Positions 1 through 12,027 are shown, counted from the first letter of the whole stretch. The stretch: DNA of 62,806 nucleotides, filler included, from Basidiobolus ranarum (GCA_040143965.1; 42 parts of 42 records of this genome joined end to end with filler, not necessarily neighbours in it), one strand, 5' to 3'. Program-made: numbers and translations. The notes: generated by a model from the letters alone, not told the origin.

Positions 1-1404
1 TACCATCACCAAAATGTTGAACGGTTCCAACAATTGACTCTGATGCACTTTCTACGACGATCGACATCATCATTTGAATTTCGTTGATGTTCCATGTTGA
101 TACTCTGTACTCTTATCTAACACGTAAATAGCGCAGAAAGAAGTGTATAGCCCAGAAAGTGTGTATACTAGCCCTTTACAAGCCCCTATGGATCGGCGAA
201 TGCATACTAGCCCTTATAGACCACAATAAACCTTAATCATCGGCAATTCTTTTTACTCCTGGTCATATTTCTTCTGCTATTAGTTGTCTCCTGCGGTAAA
301 TATATATCATTAATGTGCTCCCTTGTCCTAATAATTTGTTATCAACAATGCAGCTAACTCTACAGATCCACATATATTTATACAGCTCAGTTTTATAGAG
401 GTGGTATGCTTTCCATATGCCAGAGGTAAATGAGAGACTCTAATACTCTCGCAGATGGGAAATGGAATACATAGCTCGTGCATTGGTAAGCAAGCAAGGC
501 TCCTTCTAATGACCTAAATGGATTGATGGCCAAGATTTTGGTTAGTGTGCCATTGGGCTCTACGTAAGTTATTTCTGGTGCTTCCCAAGATTTATTGAAT
601 TCGAAGAACCGGTCTAAAGCACCAAAAAATAGCATACAATTGAAGGTATACACTGGAGATGGCCAGTCTTTTAAAGCCCTAGGAGAAGGAGGAGTTGAAG
701 TGAATCAAGGGGATCACTGTAAGAGCATGTATCTGACACTGCAAAATGCGTCACATGTGCCTGGAAATAATGGGTGGTAATGCAACCTCTGGCTTAAATT
801 TACTGAGTTAATGTCGAGACATGTTTATATGAGAAGTTTGAATTATGCAAGAGTTAAGAGAGACTCATGCGTTTACTTAGTTAATGGACATCCAAAGCAC
901 ATTCATACGAACACCTTTTGTTTCAAGAGGAAAGGGTAATTGCTTTTTGATGAAGCTAAAATGAAGGGAAAGTCGGTGAAATCAGCATATCCAGTAACAA
1001 TTAAACAAAGTTCACGGATGTGTCAGGGCCTATATAATCAACAGATGGAATTTCTCTCTTGGACCATTCGAGATCGCGATCCTTGAGCTCTCTCCAAAAA
1101 ACTGACTCTTCGAGAATTTCACACAAGACTGGTGATTCCGTATAAAGTGAGGGAATTTCTTTTTTTGAAATTCACAATTCTCTTGTTGGTATATCTCTCT
1201 TCATAATGCCAGCCACTTCAGTACCTTTAGAGAGAAGCATCCAAAAGCTCCGTTCATATGATCAGGTTCAGGATGGACAAAATGAGAAGTCTTGCATGCA
1301 ACTTAATATCATGCGATTAACACCTACCGGGACCTACACGCTCTATTCTGGAAGTCAATTTAGAGGTGAGCAGAAGAGCGGCAAACATAGCCACCAAGTT
1401 AGCG

Positions 1405-1504
1405 NNNNNNNNNNNNNNNNNNNNNNNNNNNNNNNNNNNNNNNNNNNNTTAATTAATTAANNNNNNNNNNNNNNNNNNNNNNNNNNNNNNNNNNNNNNNN
1501 NNNN
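1405..1504. other. Artificial contig linker (44 N + TTAATTAATTAA + 44 N); first of 41 identical linkers
   Basis: Same 100-nt linker about every 1.5 kb; the core puts stops in all six frames; intervening contig lengths fall steadily from 1404 to 1389 bp. Confidence 0.99.
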
Positions 1505-1628
1505 TTGATATTTCTATCAATTAGAGCAATAAACACACGTTTTTGAATAACAGAATTGAGTGCTAAATAATCAGAATATGAATAAACTAACTACTAAATA
1601 ATGAGTTGCTATTTAGCTAATTTCAACA
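1505..1628 (-). mobile_element. Copia LTR family D, partial
   Basis: Reverse complement starts TGTTGAAATTAG; matches copies at 2513-2864, 25159-25437, 36962-37312, 52033-52371. Confidence 0.85.
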
Positions 1629-2512
1629 GAAGCCCTATAAAGATCTAAACCAAATGTGAATCATGTCAGGACTTTTGGTTGCACAGCCTATTGCATAAGT
1701 CCAGCTCAAAAATGCTCAAAATTGGAACCCAAAAAAAGAAAATGCATAATGCTTGTTTACTGTGCTGGATCTAAGGCCTACATGTTGTTTGATACCAAAA
1801 ACCAGAAGTTAATTAAGTGCAGAGATGTGATTTTGGATGAAAAAGCAAATTTTTCACCTCATATCATATTTGTAAATCCAGAAAACACAATCAGTACCAT
1901 TGAGCAATTGTCTGACAAAATTCCAGCTGTATCTGAGCCCTAGTCAACCAAAATTCCCGTCCCAATTACATTAGAGGATTATTCATGACACACAAGATTA
2001 GCCAGAAGGAGAAAAAGCCAGGAAACTGGTGGAACATTTCTAATGATAATGTAGATGCTTTTGAGTTGTTCTATGACAAGCCACAGACTCTCAACCATGC
2101 TCTGGAGTGTCCAGAATCAGGAATAAGGGTTATAACAATGTCTGGTTAGTTTTCTTCACTTCAGGACAATGAAACATGGGCTCTGGGTCCTCTACCATCG
2201 GGGAGAAAGCCAATAGGTAGCATATGAACCTACACAGTTGAAAACCAAGCTGATGGAACCATGGAAAGATACAAACAAACTTAATTGCATCAGGCTATTC
2301 TCAGGCTCAAGGAGTGGATTTTGATGAAACTTTTGCTACAGTAGCTGCACTTAGCTCCATTAGAGCAATCCAGGTACCTTCAGCCATCCATAACCTTGAT
2401 TTACATCAAATAGTTGCAAAAACAGCCTCTCTGAGTGGAAATCTAGAAGAAGAGATCCATATGGAGTAACCGGATGGATTTGTTGACCCAAAATATCCTG
2501 ATATGGTCTGTA
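1629..2512 (+). mobile_element. Decayed Ty1/copia integrase C-terminus and RT start
   Basis: HVRTFGCTAYC and LIKCRDVILDE motifs, then YSQAQGVDFDETFA and LHQ-type RT motifs, with stops and frameshifts. Confidence 0.9.
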
Positions 2513-2864
2513 TGATAGAAGTGTTTGGGGGATTTGGAAGTGTTTTGGACAAGATTTGGATATGTGAATTAGACGCTTAAGTTTTATTGAATTGAATATG
2601 TCCTATTTATAGCTTACTATGAAATAGGACTATTGTATGTGCTTAGATCATAACAAACATGCTTGTTAAGCATGGGTGAAAATTGGAGGTGCTTTGGAGA
2701 AGTTTTGAGAAAACAGTGAAAATTGGTAAAAGTGATCTAATTGATATTTCTAGCAATTAGAGCAATAAACACACATTTTTGAATGACAGAATTGAGTACT
2801 AAATAATCAGAATATGAATAAACTAACTACTAAATAATGAGTTGCTATTTACCTAATTTCCACA
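2513..2864 (-). mobile_element. Copia family D 3' LTR with adjacent polypurine tract
   Basis: About 352 bp TG...CA; preceded on the minus strand by TTGAGCGGGAA; interrupts the copia RT to its left. Confidence 0.88.
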
Positions 2865-3008
2865 TTCCCGCTCAACTGATTATTTTGTATTTCTCTAAAA
2901 CCTAACTTNNNNNNNNNNNNNNNNNNNNNNNNNNNNNNNNNNNNNNNNNNNNTTAATTAATTAANNNNNNNNNNNNNNNNNNNNNNNNNNNNNNNNNNNN
3001 NNNNNNNN

Positions 3009-3665
3009 ATATTGAGGAAGAAGTGTCCAATATTAGCAAGAAACTTGAACGTCTCACTGTGAAGATTGAAGGAAAGTCCTACCAAGGAGGAACCTATCAA
3101 TCTTCCAACCCATCTAATTGTGTATGGTGTGACTCAACCAAGCACTCCAAGAAGGACTGTCCTGAATTGAATGAACTACTTGACAAAGGAGAGCTCCAAT
3201 TGTACTCAAGAGGGTTTATACTTGATCATAATAGCAGAAATTTCAGGCCAAACTTTGGAAGAGGAGGTATGAAAGCAACATACCACCCACCAGTTAACAA
3301 CACCAGAAGGATAACTGTTGAAGATCCTGACCAGAATATCCATCACTTTGCTGTTGACCAATACCAAAACCAAACATTGGAATCTGATAATGAAGATGAT
3401 TTTTCTTGCTTAGCTGAAGCTTATGCAACCAAGAGAGCTTCTCCACCTGAGGAACTAAGACCTTCTGGTACACAGAAGGCAAGATCTTCTGAGCCAGAGG
3501 TTGTTATTGAGAACATTCCAAAACTGACACCAAGAACTACTGAAGAAGGACCTTGACAGCCAAACTATCAGATGCAATCTAAGTTTAGCAAGAAGGCAGA
3601 TCCTGCAACACTGACTGAGAGGATCTTTGACTCTTGCCACTCTATCACAATTGGGGAACTTGTGA
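3009..3665 (+). mobile_element. Ty3/gypsy-like gag C-terminus with CCHC zinc knuckle
   Basis: CVWCDSTKHSKKDC in ORF 3023-3556; CpG-depleted; cut off by a CMC terminus at 3666. Confidence 0.65.
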
Positions 3666-4412
3666 CCCTAACAGAAATTTGAGGATTGTTATTGTAGGAA
3701 AACTGTCACAATTTTAATCCATTTAGGATTGACTGCTTACTTACTGTCATAAAACTGTCAAGTTGGATTTGATTTTAATCAATTTTTTCAGTTTAAGGAG
3801 TGAAATTTCAAGATCTTGCAAAATAGTTGTGCATGATTGGCTAAAATCTCAGAGAACTATGGATCAACAAACATGCACAAAATGTAACTCAAATTATACA
3901 CAATTACCACCTAATGCTAATTGGTCACCTTCAAAATCCCTAGTCTCTTTGATATATTCTCCTGATTTTTTTTATAGAGTTCTTCATACCCAACATGAGT
4001 TTGTGTCAATATCTCCATCAAAGCCCACCAATGTATTAATGTTGCTGAATCAACATTCTTCCAGCTATCTGGCAGATACCCTGCAATATTGTGCCACTCT
4101 GTATTAACTTCTTCCCAGATATCTGCATGGTCAATACCAAACTGAATGTCAAGTTGAATGTGCTTCTTCTGAAGCCACTTTCTGCATACTTGCACTGCGG
4201 TTTTCCCTTCATACTTTTGAAAATACTCCTCAAGCACTTTGACTATTTTTGTACGTTGTAGTAGTGTGACACTACTGAGGGTGCTTTGCTGTGTTTGTGT
4301 GGCTTTTTTGCTTGCCTTTACTTTTGGGACTAATTTTAACACTTTGAAAAGTACCAGTTGAGGTTTGAGAGCTGTGAGTTTTATTTGCTGGTGTTTTGGC
4401 TTGCTGAGAGAT
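3666..4412 (-). mobile_element. CMC/EnSpm-like transposon end (CCCTAACAGAAATTT) with 3' part of an accessory ORF
   Basis: Same terminus at 22645, 29808, 36596, 46233 and 61528 in different flanks; minus-strand ORF 3917-4342 recurs at about 45610-45870 and 37320-37423. Confidence 0.75.
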
Positions 4413-4599
4413 NNNNNNNNNNNNNNNNNNNNNNNNNNNNNNNNNNNNNNNNNNNNTTAATTAATTAANNNNNNNNNNNNNNNNNNNNNNNNNNNNNNNN
4501 NNNNNNNNNNNNTAATTCCTCATTCAAAAGCCTAGCACCAATATATTCCATTGTTAATGGCTCTGATCTTGATTCTAGGGCAATTATGAGGTTCCCAAA

Positions 4600-5916
4600 C
4601 TTGTCATTCTGGCCTAAAATAGCACCTGCTCCAATAGGACTTGAGCCAACTATGAGTATTAGTGGTCTTGTGGCATCTGCATAGTCAAGTGGCTTTTGTG
4701 TGGGATGTGATGTTAGTGCTTGCTTCAACTTCTCCATAGCAGCATCTTGATCAAGTTGCCATTCAAACTTCATATTCTTTCTCTGTAGTTGGTATATGGG
4801 CTCTGCAACTTCAGAGATATTGGAATTCCATATTCTGAAAGATCCACATGCAGCCACAAATACTCTTACTTGGGTTTAGTTGCTTGGTGTTGGCCATGTG
4901 AGAAGTTTCTCAATCTTAGATGGTTGTGGTGTACATCCACGGATGTTACATTTCTGTCCAACTATGGATATTTCTGGCATTCCAAAGTCACTTTTCTCAC
5001 CACTTATAGTAATTCTGGCCTTCTCAATTTTGGTCAAAATCTGGTCATTGTCTTGTATACAGTCATATACAAATCTTCTTACTCCAGGGAGTACTTCAGT
5101 TGTGTCATTGATAGGTGATCCTTTTATACCAATGTCATCTTCAAATACAGCTAATTGTCTGGGATGAACTTGTAGAGGCCATTGATTATCACATGTTGAA
5201 ACTGTGCAACAGAGTTAGTTCCACCTTGGCTGAGTCTTGTTATTCTGAGTAGCCCAAATGGAGTCTGAAGTCCACACATGTCTCTTGAGATTTCATCAAT
5301 GGGTATTTGGTTGAATTCTGAGTATAGATCATAGGTTGAATATATGGAAGCTCCTGAAAGCACTCTGCAAATTTATCAATTGATAGGGGTACTGCAGCAT
5401 CCCTGATTGTTACTACATTAGCTGGCTGCATGTCTTGTATCATTCTCAGTTTGCTATTCTTCTTCTTTGCAACAAACCAGTGGTTGGCATAAGGTCCATG
5501 GCATGGTTGTAGGATTCCAGCTTTAATCTTACTCTTAAGAATTGCATGCACATCTGGTTGCAGGTCTCTTTGTAGTGGGTAAGGTATATAGGACCATAGT
5601 GTGTGTTCCATGGTGTGAATTTTTATTGGTTTCTTAATTGAGGGCAGTAGTAGTCCCATTTCCTGGTAGTTGTATGCAAAGACTCTGCCATGTCTGAAAA
5701 TCATGGCTCTAAATGGTTTACCTTCCTGAGGGCTGAGGTTGCCATTGCCAATCTTGACAGTAGCTAGTCTCTATGGAGTTAGTCTAATGCTAGCAGTATT
5801 GTCTAGTGTCTCCCTCTCTAGATTGGCTGGTCTGGTTCCATCAGTCAGTGGTTTGAGGAAAGATTTTACTTTAGTAGCAACTGTCTTGTTCTTGGTCCTA
5901 ACAATGGCTTCTTGTA
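4600..5916 (-). mobile_element. Decayed Ty3/gypsy pol (RT and RNase H start)
   Basis: WFVAKKKNSKLRMIQD, TPFGLLRITRLSQGGTNS, FEDDIGIKG and RNase H LIVGSSPIGAGAILGQ motifs across frameshifts. Confidence 0.92.
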
Positions 5917-6016
5917 NNNNNNNNNNNNNNNNNNNNNNNNNNNNNNNNNNNNNNNNNNNNTTAATTAATTAANNNNNNNNNNNNNNNNNNNNNNNNNNNN
6001 NNNNNNNNNNNNNNNN

Positions 6017-6388
6017 GTGTTGAGTAGCAGTAGAAAAGAAGGTGGCGGCAAACTTATTACGAAGAGCTCCTTGAGCCCAAAGTGCACCAGTGGCATCCCA
6101 GAACTGTTGGAATTGAGCAGGCATTGCACCATATCTAGTAGGAATACCGAAGAAGAACCCATCAGCTTCTGTCAGCATATCTGGTGTGATGACTGGGATA
6201 TCTGGCTTGGGTGGAGCGTGAAGCTTAGCAAGGATTTCATTTGATAGGGTCTCAGGAACCTGGTAGATAGTGACCTCAATATTGCCACTCTTCTCGATTC
6301 CCTTCTTGACTGACTTGGCCAACTCGTAGATATGACCATAGACAGTATAGAGGATGATAAAGATCTTAGTCTTGGATTGAGTGGTCAT
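6017..6388 (-). CDS. Flavodoxin-like NAD(P)H:quinone oxidoreductase (WrbA/Pst2/Ycp4 family), 5' part
   Basis: MTTQSKTKIFIILYTVYGHI, YQVPETL, ADGFFFGIPTRYGAMPAQ, FWDATGALW, FFSTATQH; uninterrupted frame, normal CpG; runs off the contig. Confidence 0.95.
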
Positions 6389-7225
6389 TTTGTATACTTG
6401 TGATAGTTGATCTGGAAATAGAAGTGGAGGTGACAATCAAAATGGCTTTTGAATGTAGGATGGTTGATAAGAAAGTTTGACTAACCAACTGTATTTATTT
6501 CAAAATGGCGATCAACAATCCACTGATTAGGATTTCTAATGGGTTCAAAAAGCACGTTTTGTAATACGGAGCTGATGGATAAACTATTTCAGATATGTAG
6601 CGATTTTCCGAAGGCTATCATTCAAGAATTTTCTTGATATGTTGCACATAATGACGCTTTTGCTTTAGATTAAAAATCCTCAAATCCTCAATATTTCTCC
6701 TTTCAAATGGTAAACTGCAATCCATCAATGATTAACATGCTTTTTGTATCCAACCCATCATATCAATTTATCCGAGTGTTTTATTGTACTAGTTTGTTCG
6801 ATCCGAAGTGACTGAATCGTCAAAATGAGTAGTTACTTCATGTTACTTTCATAGGTCAAGCCAGCTTAAGCCATTTATACTTTAGGTATTTTCCAAAATA
6901 TTGAGCCCAAAGTATCATAAGTTGTTACAAAATACTGATTATGTACTAATCTGGTAGATGGGTACATCAAATGCTCAAGTCAGCAATAGCGTACCCAAAA
7001 TATACCTTCAGCTTGAGTGGAATTAAGATTATTATGGTGCAAAGTTTTTAAACTCGTTATGTATTATGCGTATTTTTTTGTTTATTGACATATTACAAAA
7101 CAAATACATCATTTTTCAGTTATGGCTATTAAGATCTTGAACTAAGTGTGTTCTCCGCTTAAGTGAAGATAATATTATTATGGTACATAGACTTTGGTTC
7201 TTTACAAGTATAGCTTGAATGCCAT

Positions 7226-7419
7226 TCAAGCAAATAACTTCTTAAGGAATGATTTCTTCTCGGCAAGTTCAGCCTTAGCTGGAACCTCTTTGACCACGAT
7301 CTTCTCAACAATCTTCTCCACTACTTGAGGCTGAGTGTGACGCAACACAATCTCACCATAGTTTTGTCCTTGCAACTCGGCTACTTCATGCTCCTTCTGG
7401 GATGGCATACGAGATCCAT
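7226..7419 (-). CDS. Second flavodoxin-like quinone oxidoreductase, 3' end (upstream tandem copy)
   Basis: GSRMPSQKEHEVAELQGQNY fits the WrbA-family C-terminal GSRxPSxxExxIAxxQG motif, then a V/E/K-rich tail ending KKSFLKKLFA-stop. Confidence 0.85.
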
Positions 7420-7519
7420 NNNNNNNNNNNNNNNNNNNNNNNNNNNNNNNNNNNNNNNNNNNNTTAATTAATTAANNNNNNNNNNNNNNNNNNNNNNNNN
7501 NNNNNNNNNNNNNNNNNNN

Positions 7520-7668
7520 ACCTTCCTTAAAATATTCTACACATTAGTTTGCTTACATCTTGACAAAGCTATAAATGTCAACTTTCTACTCAATAAATCA
7601 ATAGGTGAAAATCACCAATTCCTCTTATTCTCCAAACCACTTCCAACAGGCTCCCAAATACTTTAACA
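7520..7668 (+). mobile_element. Copia LTR family B, 3' part
   Basis: Ends CTCCCAAATACTTTAACA like the other B copies (42726-43073, 54117-54462, 58720-59066). Confidence 0.85.
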
Positions 7669-8922
7669 GTTACCTCAATTATATGACCAGAATTATGTAT
7701 GTAGAAAAGCAAATTTATTTCTGCTCATACACCCAGAAAAATTGAGAACCTGTTATTAAATGTTGACCTCAGCTATCTCAATGCTGATGGCAGTGTATCA
7801 AAGAAGAAGATGATAGTTTTGTCAATAGCCTCTTTGTTATTAGTAGGCATCAGTCCACTTGTAACCATTACGGCAAAGGAAGAATCTTTGATCATTGAGG
7901 AGTGGAGGATGTAATTTAGTCCCAGCTACAAGGGGTTTTCTGGGCTTCTAACACTTTTACCTTAGTAGATTGGTAACTGTTGTATGCACAGACCTGGTAT
8001 AGGTGAAAGACACCGGTAAAGTGTATTACTTGTAATATTTTAGTAAGTCACTACCTTCATATCCAAAAAGTTGTCTGACTTTCATTGAAGATCTGAAAGG
8101 CCTGAAGTCAAGTACTCTTTGCACAAAATTGTTAATCACTAAATCTGGTAAACATAGCTCATAATTGACATATATACTGTGGATACCTCATCTTTGAGTA
8201 TTGATGAAATGACTCAAATATTAATTATTGACGCAGTCAGATTAGTCATTGTAAAGATGACATATTACCAATATGCTTGATGGATTTCACCATGAGAATC
8301 TGAAAAATCAAGCTTCCTATGTGAACCATATGCTCATGTGTTTGCATTGACTCTGAATGGTTTTCTCACCAAATAGTCATATCATGGGAAAGGCTTGCTG
8401 GCCAATTTTTTAAGTAGCCTAAGTCTTCCTACTTTACAACCATATAAGAATTATAATACTTTGCTACTATCTATCAAATCTTGATGCAAATCCTTAGAGC
8501 TTATAGCATCAGACTTAGCAATGGCCATAAGCTTAAGATTATATTTTTAAAGGGGAGTATTTGGGGCCAGAGCTTCCCTTTAGCCACTATCTACTTACTA
8601 TTCTGCAACATTACGTTACTACTTGTGCTTCTATATATTTTAAAACTCAATCTTAAGGAGCCAAACCAGATAGGATCAAAGCTTGAATTAATTGGAAAAA
8701 TGCTTCAAAATGTCAAGGTACCCTAATATTCTATCAAGACTCCCATCTAAATTCAATTATTTAGGTGCTTTTTTAAATTCAAAAACTGGAAGCATTGGAT
8801 TTATATATGTTCAAGTGAAAGCTTGAGAAGCTTTCTGCCTGCCAAGTACTGGCAAGATTGAGAGCTCTTTGTGGATTTTGATAATATATTCTTACAACAT
8901 CAACTCATAATGGCAGGTCTTG
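7669..8922 (+). mobile_element. Heavily decayed CMC/EnSpm transposase fragment (divergent copy)
   Basis: Nucleotide similarity to 39021-40416 (e.g. AAAGGCTTGCTGGCCAA, AGCTTCCC.TTAG, TTTCTGCCTG); many stops and deletions. Confidence 0.7.
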
Positions 8923-10525
8923 NNNNNNNNNNNNNNNNNNNNNNNNNNNNNNNNNNNNNNNNNNNNTTAATTAATTAANNNNNNNNNNNNNNNNNNNNNN
9001 NNNNNNNNNNNNNNNNNNNNNNGTCCTCAAAGATAAGCATGGCTCGCTCTGATCAATTTGTAGTATATCAATTTAGAGAATTTGTGGTGAGGAGTGACCG
9101 ACATGTACTCATTGTTGCTTATATCTTTCGATCCTACTCCTTTCAGTATACTAAATCCCAGTATACTGTTGAATGAATTCTGGAATATCACACTCAATGT
9201 GCTCTTCCCTCCCCCCTTGCACTTTTTTTTCCTTCTCGCGGAGATACTCCACTCCAAGTAAAGGTAAACTCATACCTTCGGCCATAGAAATCAGCTCAAA
9301 AATGAGATCATCACGTCATTCCTTATCATTTAAGGGTATATGGATTCCCTCGACTTGAGGGAGCATCAAAGCCCTTACACCTTCCTTTTGATCCAAGGGT
9401 AACAGAATCCCTCTTATCGTTCCAGGAGCCTTTTGAGAGAAGCTAACTCAAAAAACTTGTAAGTGTAATCTCCACTTGAGAATTATTATATGCCCAATTG
9501 AGTGGGCTTCGATTTTCTCAGTAGAATTCAAGATGGAAACGGACAAGTTAATGGTCTAATCATGTTTTTCAGTAACCGTATTCTACACTGCAACGATAAC
9601 AGGATCAGTAGTGATATGGCATTGAAAATTGGAAAACTTGAATCTCTCGGAATTGTCACTGCCATTTGTAACTATCGATCCAGCAACGGTGGATAGGCTG
9701 GTGGCAGTGGGAAGTAGAACCTATTCACATTTTACACTGCTAAATGGCAACATGCTGATTTTATTCCAAGCATGATGGGGTTCTTGGTTTGACCGGTATT
9801 TAGTGATATTACAGTGGACCAGTTGAGGTGGTAACCTAATGTTAGCAACTGCCTAACAGCCAAATCAAAGCGGAAATTTGGAATAATCACTGGTTGGTAG
9901 GCCTCAATATGGGAATATTACCAGCGCCAATGTGTGATTGATGTTATGCATAATTGTAATCCTCTAAATGGGAATTCTAAGGAACAGTAAGTAAGGAACA
10001 GTAAATACACAACCAATTCATTTGGGAAACAAAATGGAGCTCCTCGAATGGATGGCTATTCATAAACCCTCAAGATGCTAAAAGTACGCCCATCTATAAA
10101 AATACATCATCCATCAATATAGCAGTACTTGGTATAGTATTTTTACTAAAGGCAAAGATAGATGATGGTGTCCGTAATTCAAGCCCAATTATTCTGATGC
10201 AGTACTATGGTCAAGTATTCAAGTATTTAAATGAGCAATATTCTCAATAACTTTCATAACTGTCTGGTTATTATCCTAATTAATTAAGCATAGTATTATC
10301 AAAGTAATGCCTGTATAAATGTATATGTTGAAATGTCTTAAGAGTGTGTCGGAAGTGGTTTGGAGAACTAGAAGAATTGGTGGCTTTTACTTATTAGTTT
10401 AGAGAAGAGAGTTGACATTTATAGTNNNNNNNNNNNNNNNNNNNNNNNNNNNNNNNNNNNNNNNNNNNNTTAATTAATTAANNNNNNNNNNNNNNNNNNN
10501 NNNNNNNNNNNNNNNNNNNNNNNNN

Positions 10526-10997
10526 TTTTCTCCATCAAGCTTTTCAACACTTGAGTTAATAAATGTGGTAGTAGTGGTTTCTGTCATGCTGTAAAGGTTA
10601 GAACACGGGGCTCATAACCTATTGGGAAAATATGGGTTGTTTGGAGGAACTTTAGAAAAGTGGAGTTGTGAATAGCTTTGTGAGATAATTATTTATTGTC
10701 CAGAAACAAAGCATTTATGTGCTTTAGTGGAAATATAGAAAACTAACACTGGGGTTATGTTCAGAACCTCTGTGGGAGTAGGATGAGCTACTTTTGGGCC
10801 AATTTGGATGAGTTTGAAATTTGCATTATGGATTTGCTAATTCTCACATTATTCACATATATGTATAATATGTGCTCCAAATTGCAGTCAAGTGATATTT
10901 GACTAAGAAATCTTAACTAAATCATATGTGCTATATGAAATAGTTAGGTGTATAAAGATAGAGATAACAAATATGATAAAAACCATAAACTTCAACA
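10526..10997 (-). mobile_element. Copia family A 5' end: LTR (10620-10997), PBS (10608-10619), gag start
   Basis: LTR TGTTGAAGTTT...TTTTCCCAATA, then GGTTATGAGCCC, then MTETTTTTFINSSVEKLDGE. Confidence 0.92.
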
Positions 10998-11356
10998 GTT
11001 TTGGATTCAAATGAAAGCCAAATTTCCTCATCAATATATGGTTGATAGTTTGATGTATATCATTGTTGGAACATGGCCAGATTTTGCATATTTGGTGGGA
11101 GTTAATGCCAATATGTTCAAAATTATGGATCTGAACAAATTATAGCAGTTAAGCAGATTTTCCAATATTCAAAAGGTACTGTGGATCTGTGCTTAAAATC
11201 CACATATTCTGGATCAAACTTTGATCTCATGGGTTATTCAGATGCAAATTTGGGAGGAGATATTGAAGACAGCAGAACTACAACAGGATACTTATTTCTT
11301 TGCTGTAATAGAGATATTTCTTGGAATCCAGAGAAACAACCCACTATAGCACTTTG
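10998..11356 (+). mobile_element. Decayed copia RT / RNase H fragment
   Basis: YQYMVDSLMY-like, GYSDANLGGDIEDSRTTTGYLF and ISWNPEKQPTIAL motifs. Confidence 0.88.
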
Positions 11357-11421
11357 TGTTGAAACTAGCATTGCCTAAACACCTATATAGCCGTATATAG
11401 CTTGGTACTTAGTTATCTTAT
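11357..11421 (+). mobile_element. Copia LTR family B, first 65 bp (interrupted by a family C element)
   Basis: TGTTGAAACTAGCATTGCCTAAACACC matches the B LTR start at 13296. Confidence 0.8.
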
Positions 11422-11927
11422 TGTTGGATAATTAATCTTTATTCAACATCATAGTTAACTTTAGTTGTGATATATATATCAGAAACAGAAAGCAACATAT
11501 CTATAGCCCCTATATTCTAAATAGGAACATGTCTATATCTATATAACAAGTATGTCTTATTGCCCCCACTTATCTATTATATCTCATTACACAAACTCCT
11601 GAATATCTCAAACATTTGATTTACTTTTCTACTATATAAGTCACCATATACTCTTGAGAATAAACTAACTAAAGCACACTATCATAAGTTGCTTCTATTA
11701 CTCAAAATCTACCCCCATTATGTCAAGATCCTCCAACATGGTATCAACAAGTGAATTAGAGTCTTCTTCCCAAAAGGAGATTACTAATATTCCAACATTC
11801 AATGGGGAAGATTTCAATGAATGGAAATTCAAGATGCAACTTGTGGTTGATGGGAAACATGTCTGGGAAGTAGTTCAACCAGATGAAGAAGAAGAAACTT
11901 CTGAAGAAGAAAGTACAGATTCTGACA
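11422..11927 (+). mobile_element. Copia family C 5' end: LTR (11422-11738), PBS TGGTATCA, gag start
   Basis: LTR bounded by TGTTGGA...TCCAACA; TGGTATCA directly after; gag IPTFNGEDFNEWKFKMQL; other LTR pieces at about 31857-32050 and 58438-58552. Confidence 0.88.
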
Positions 11928-12027
11928 NNNNNNNNNNNNNNNNNNNNNNNNNNNNNNNNNNNNNNNNNNNNTTAATTAATTAANNNNNNNNNNNNNNNNN
12001 NNNNNNNNNNNNNNNNNNNNNNNNNNN

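Noticed and set aside
1449-1460. Regularly spaced TTAATTAATTAA palindrome as a biological repeat or CRISPR-like array
   Set aside because: Always centred in N padding and encodes six-frame stops; it is an assembly spacer.
3666-3671. Telomeric CCCTAA/TTAGGG repeats
   Set aside because: Single hexamers only, always part of the CMC terminal repeat; no tandem telomeric tract.
11357-11738. Chimeric LTR sharing its first 65 bp with family B but using a different PBS
   Set aside because: A second TGTTGGA start at 11422 pairs with the TCCAACA end, and the copy ending near 32050 stops at the same point, so this is family C inserted into a B LTR.
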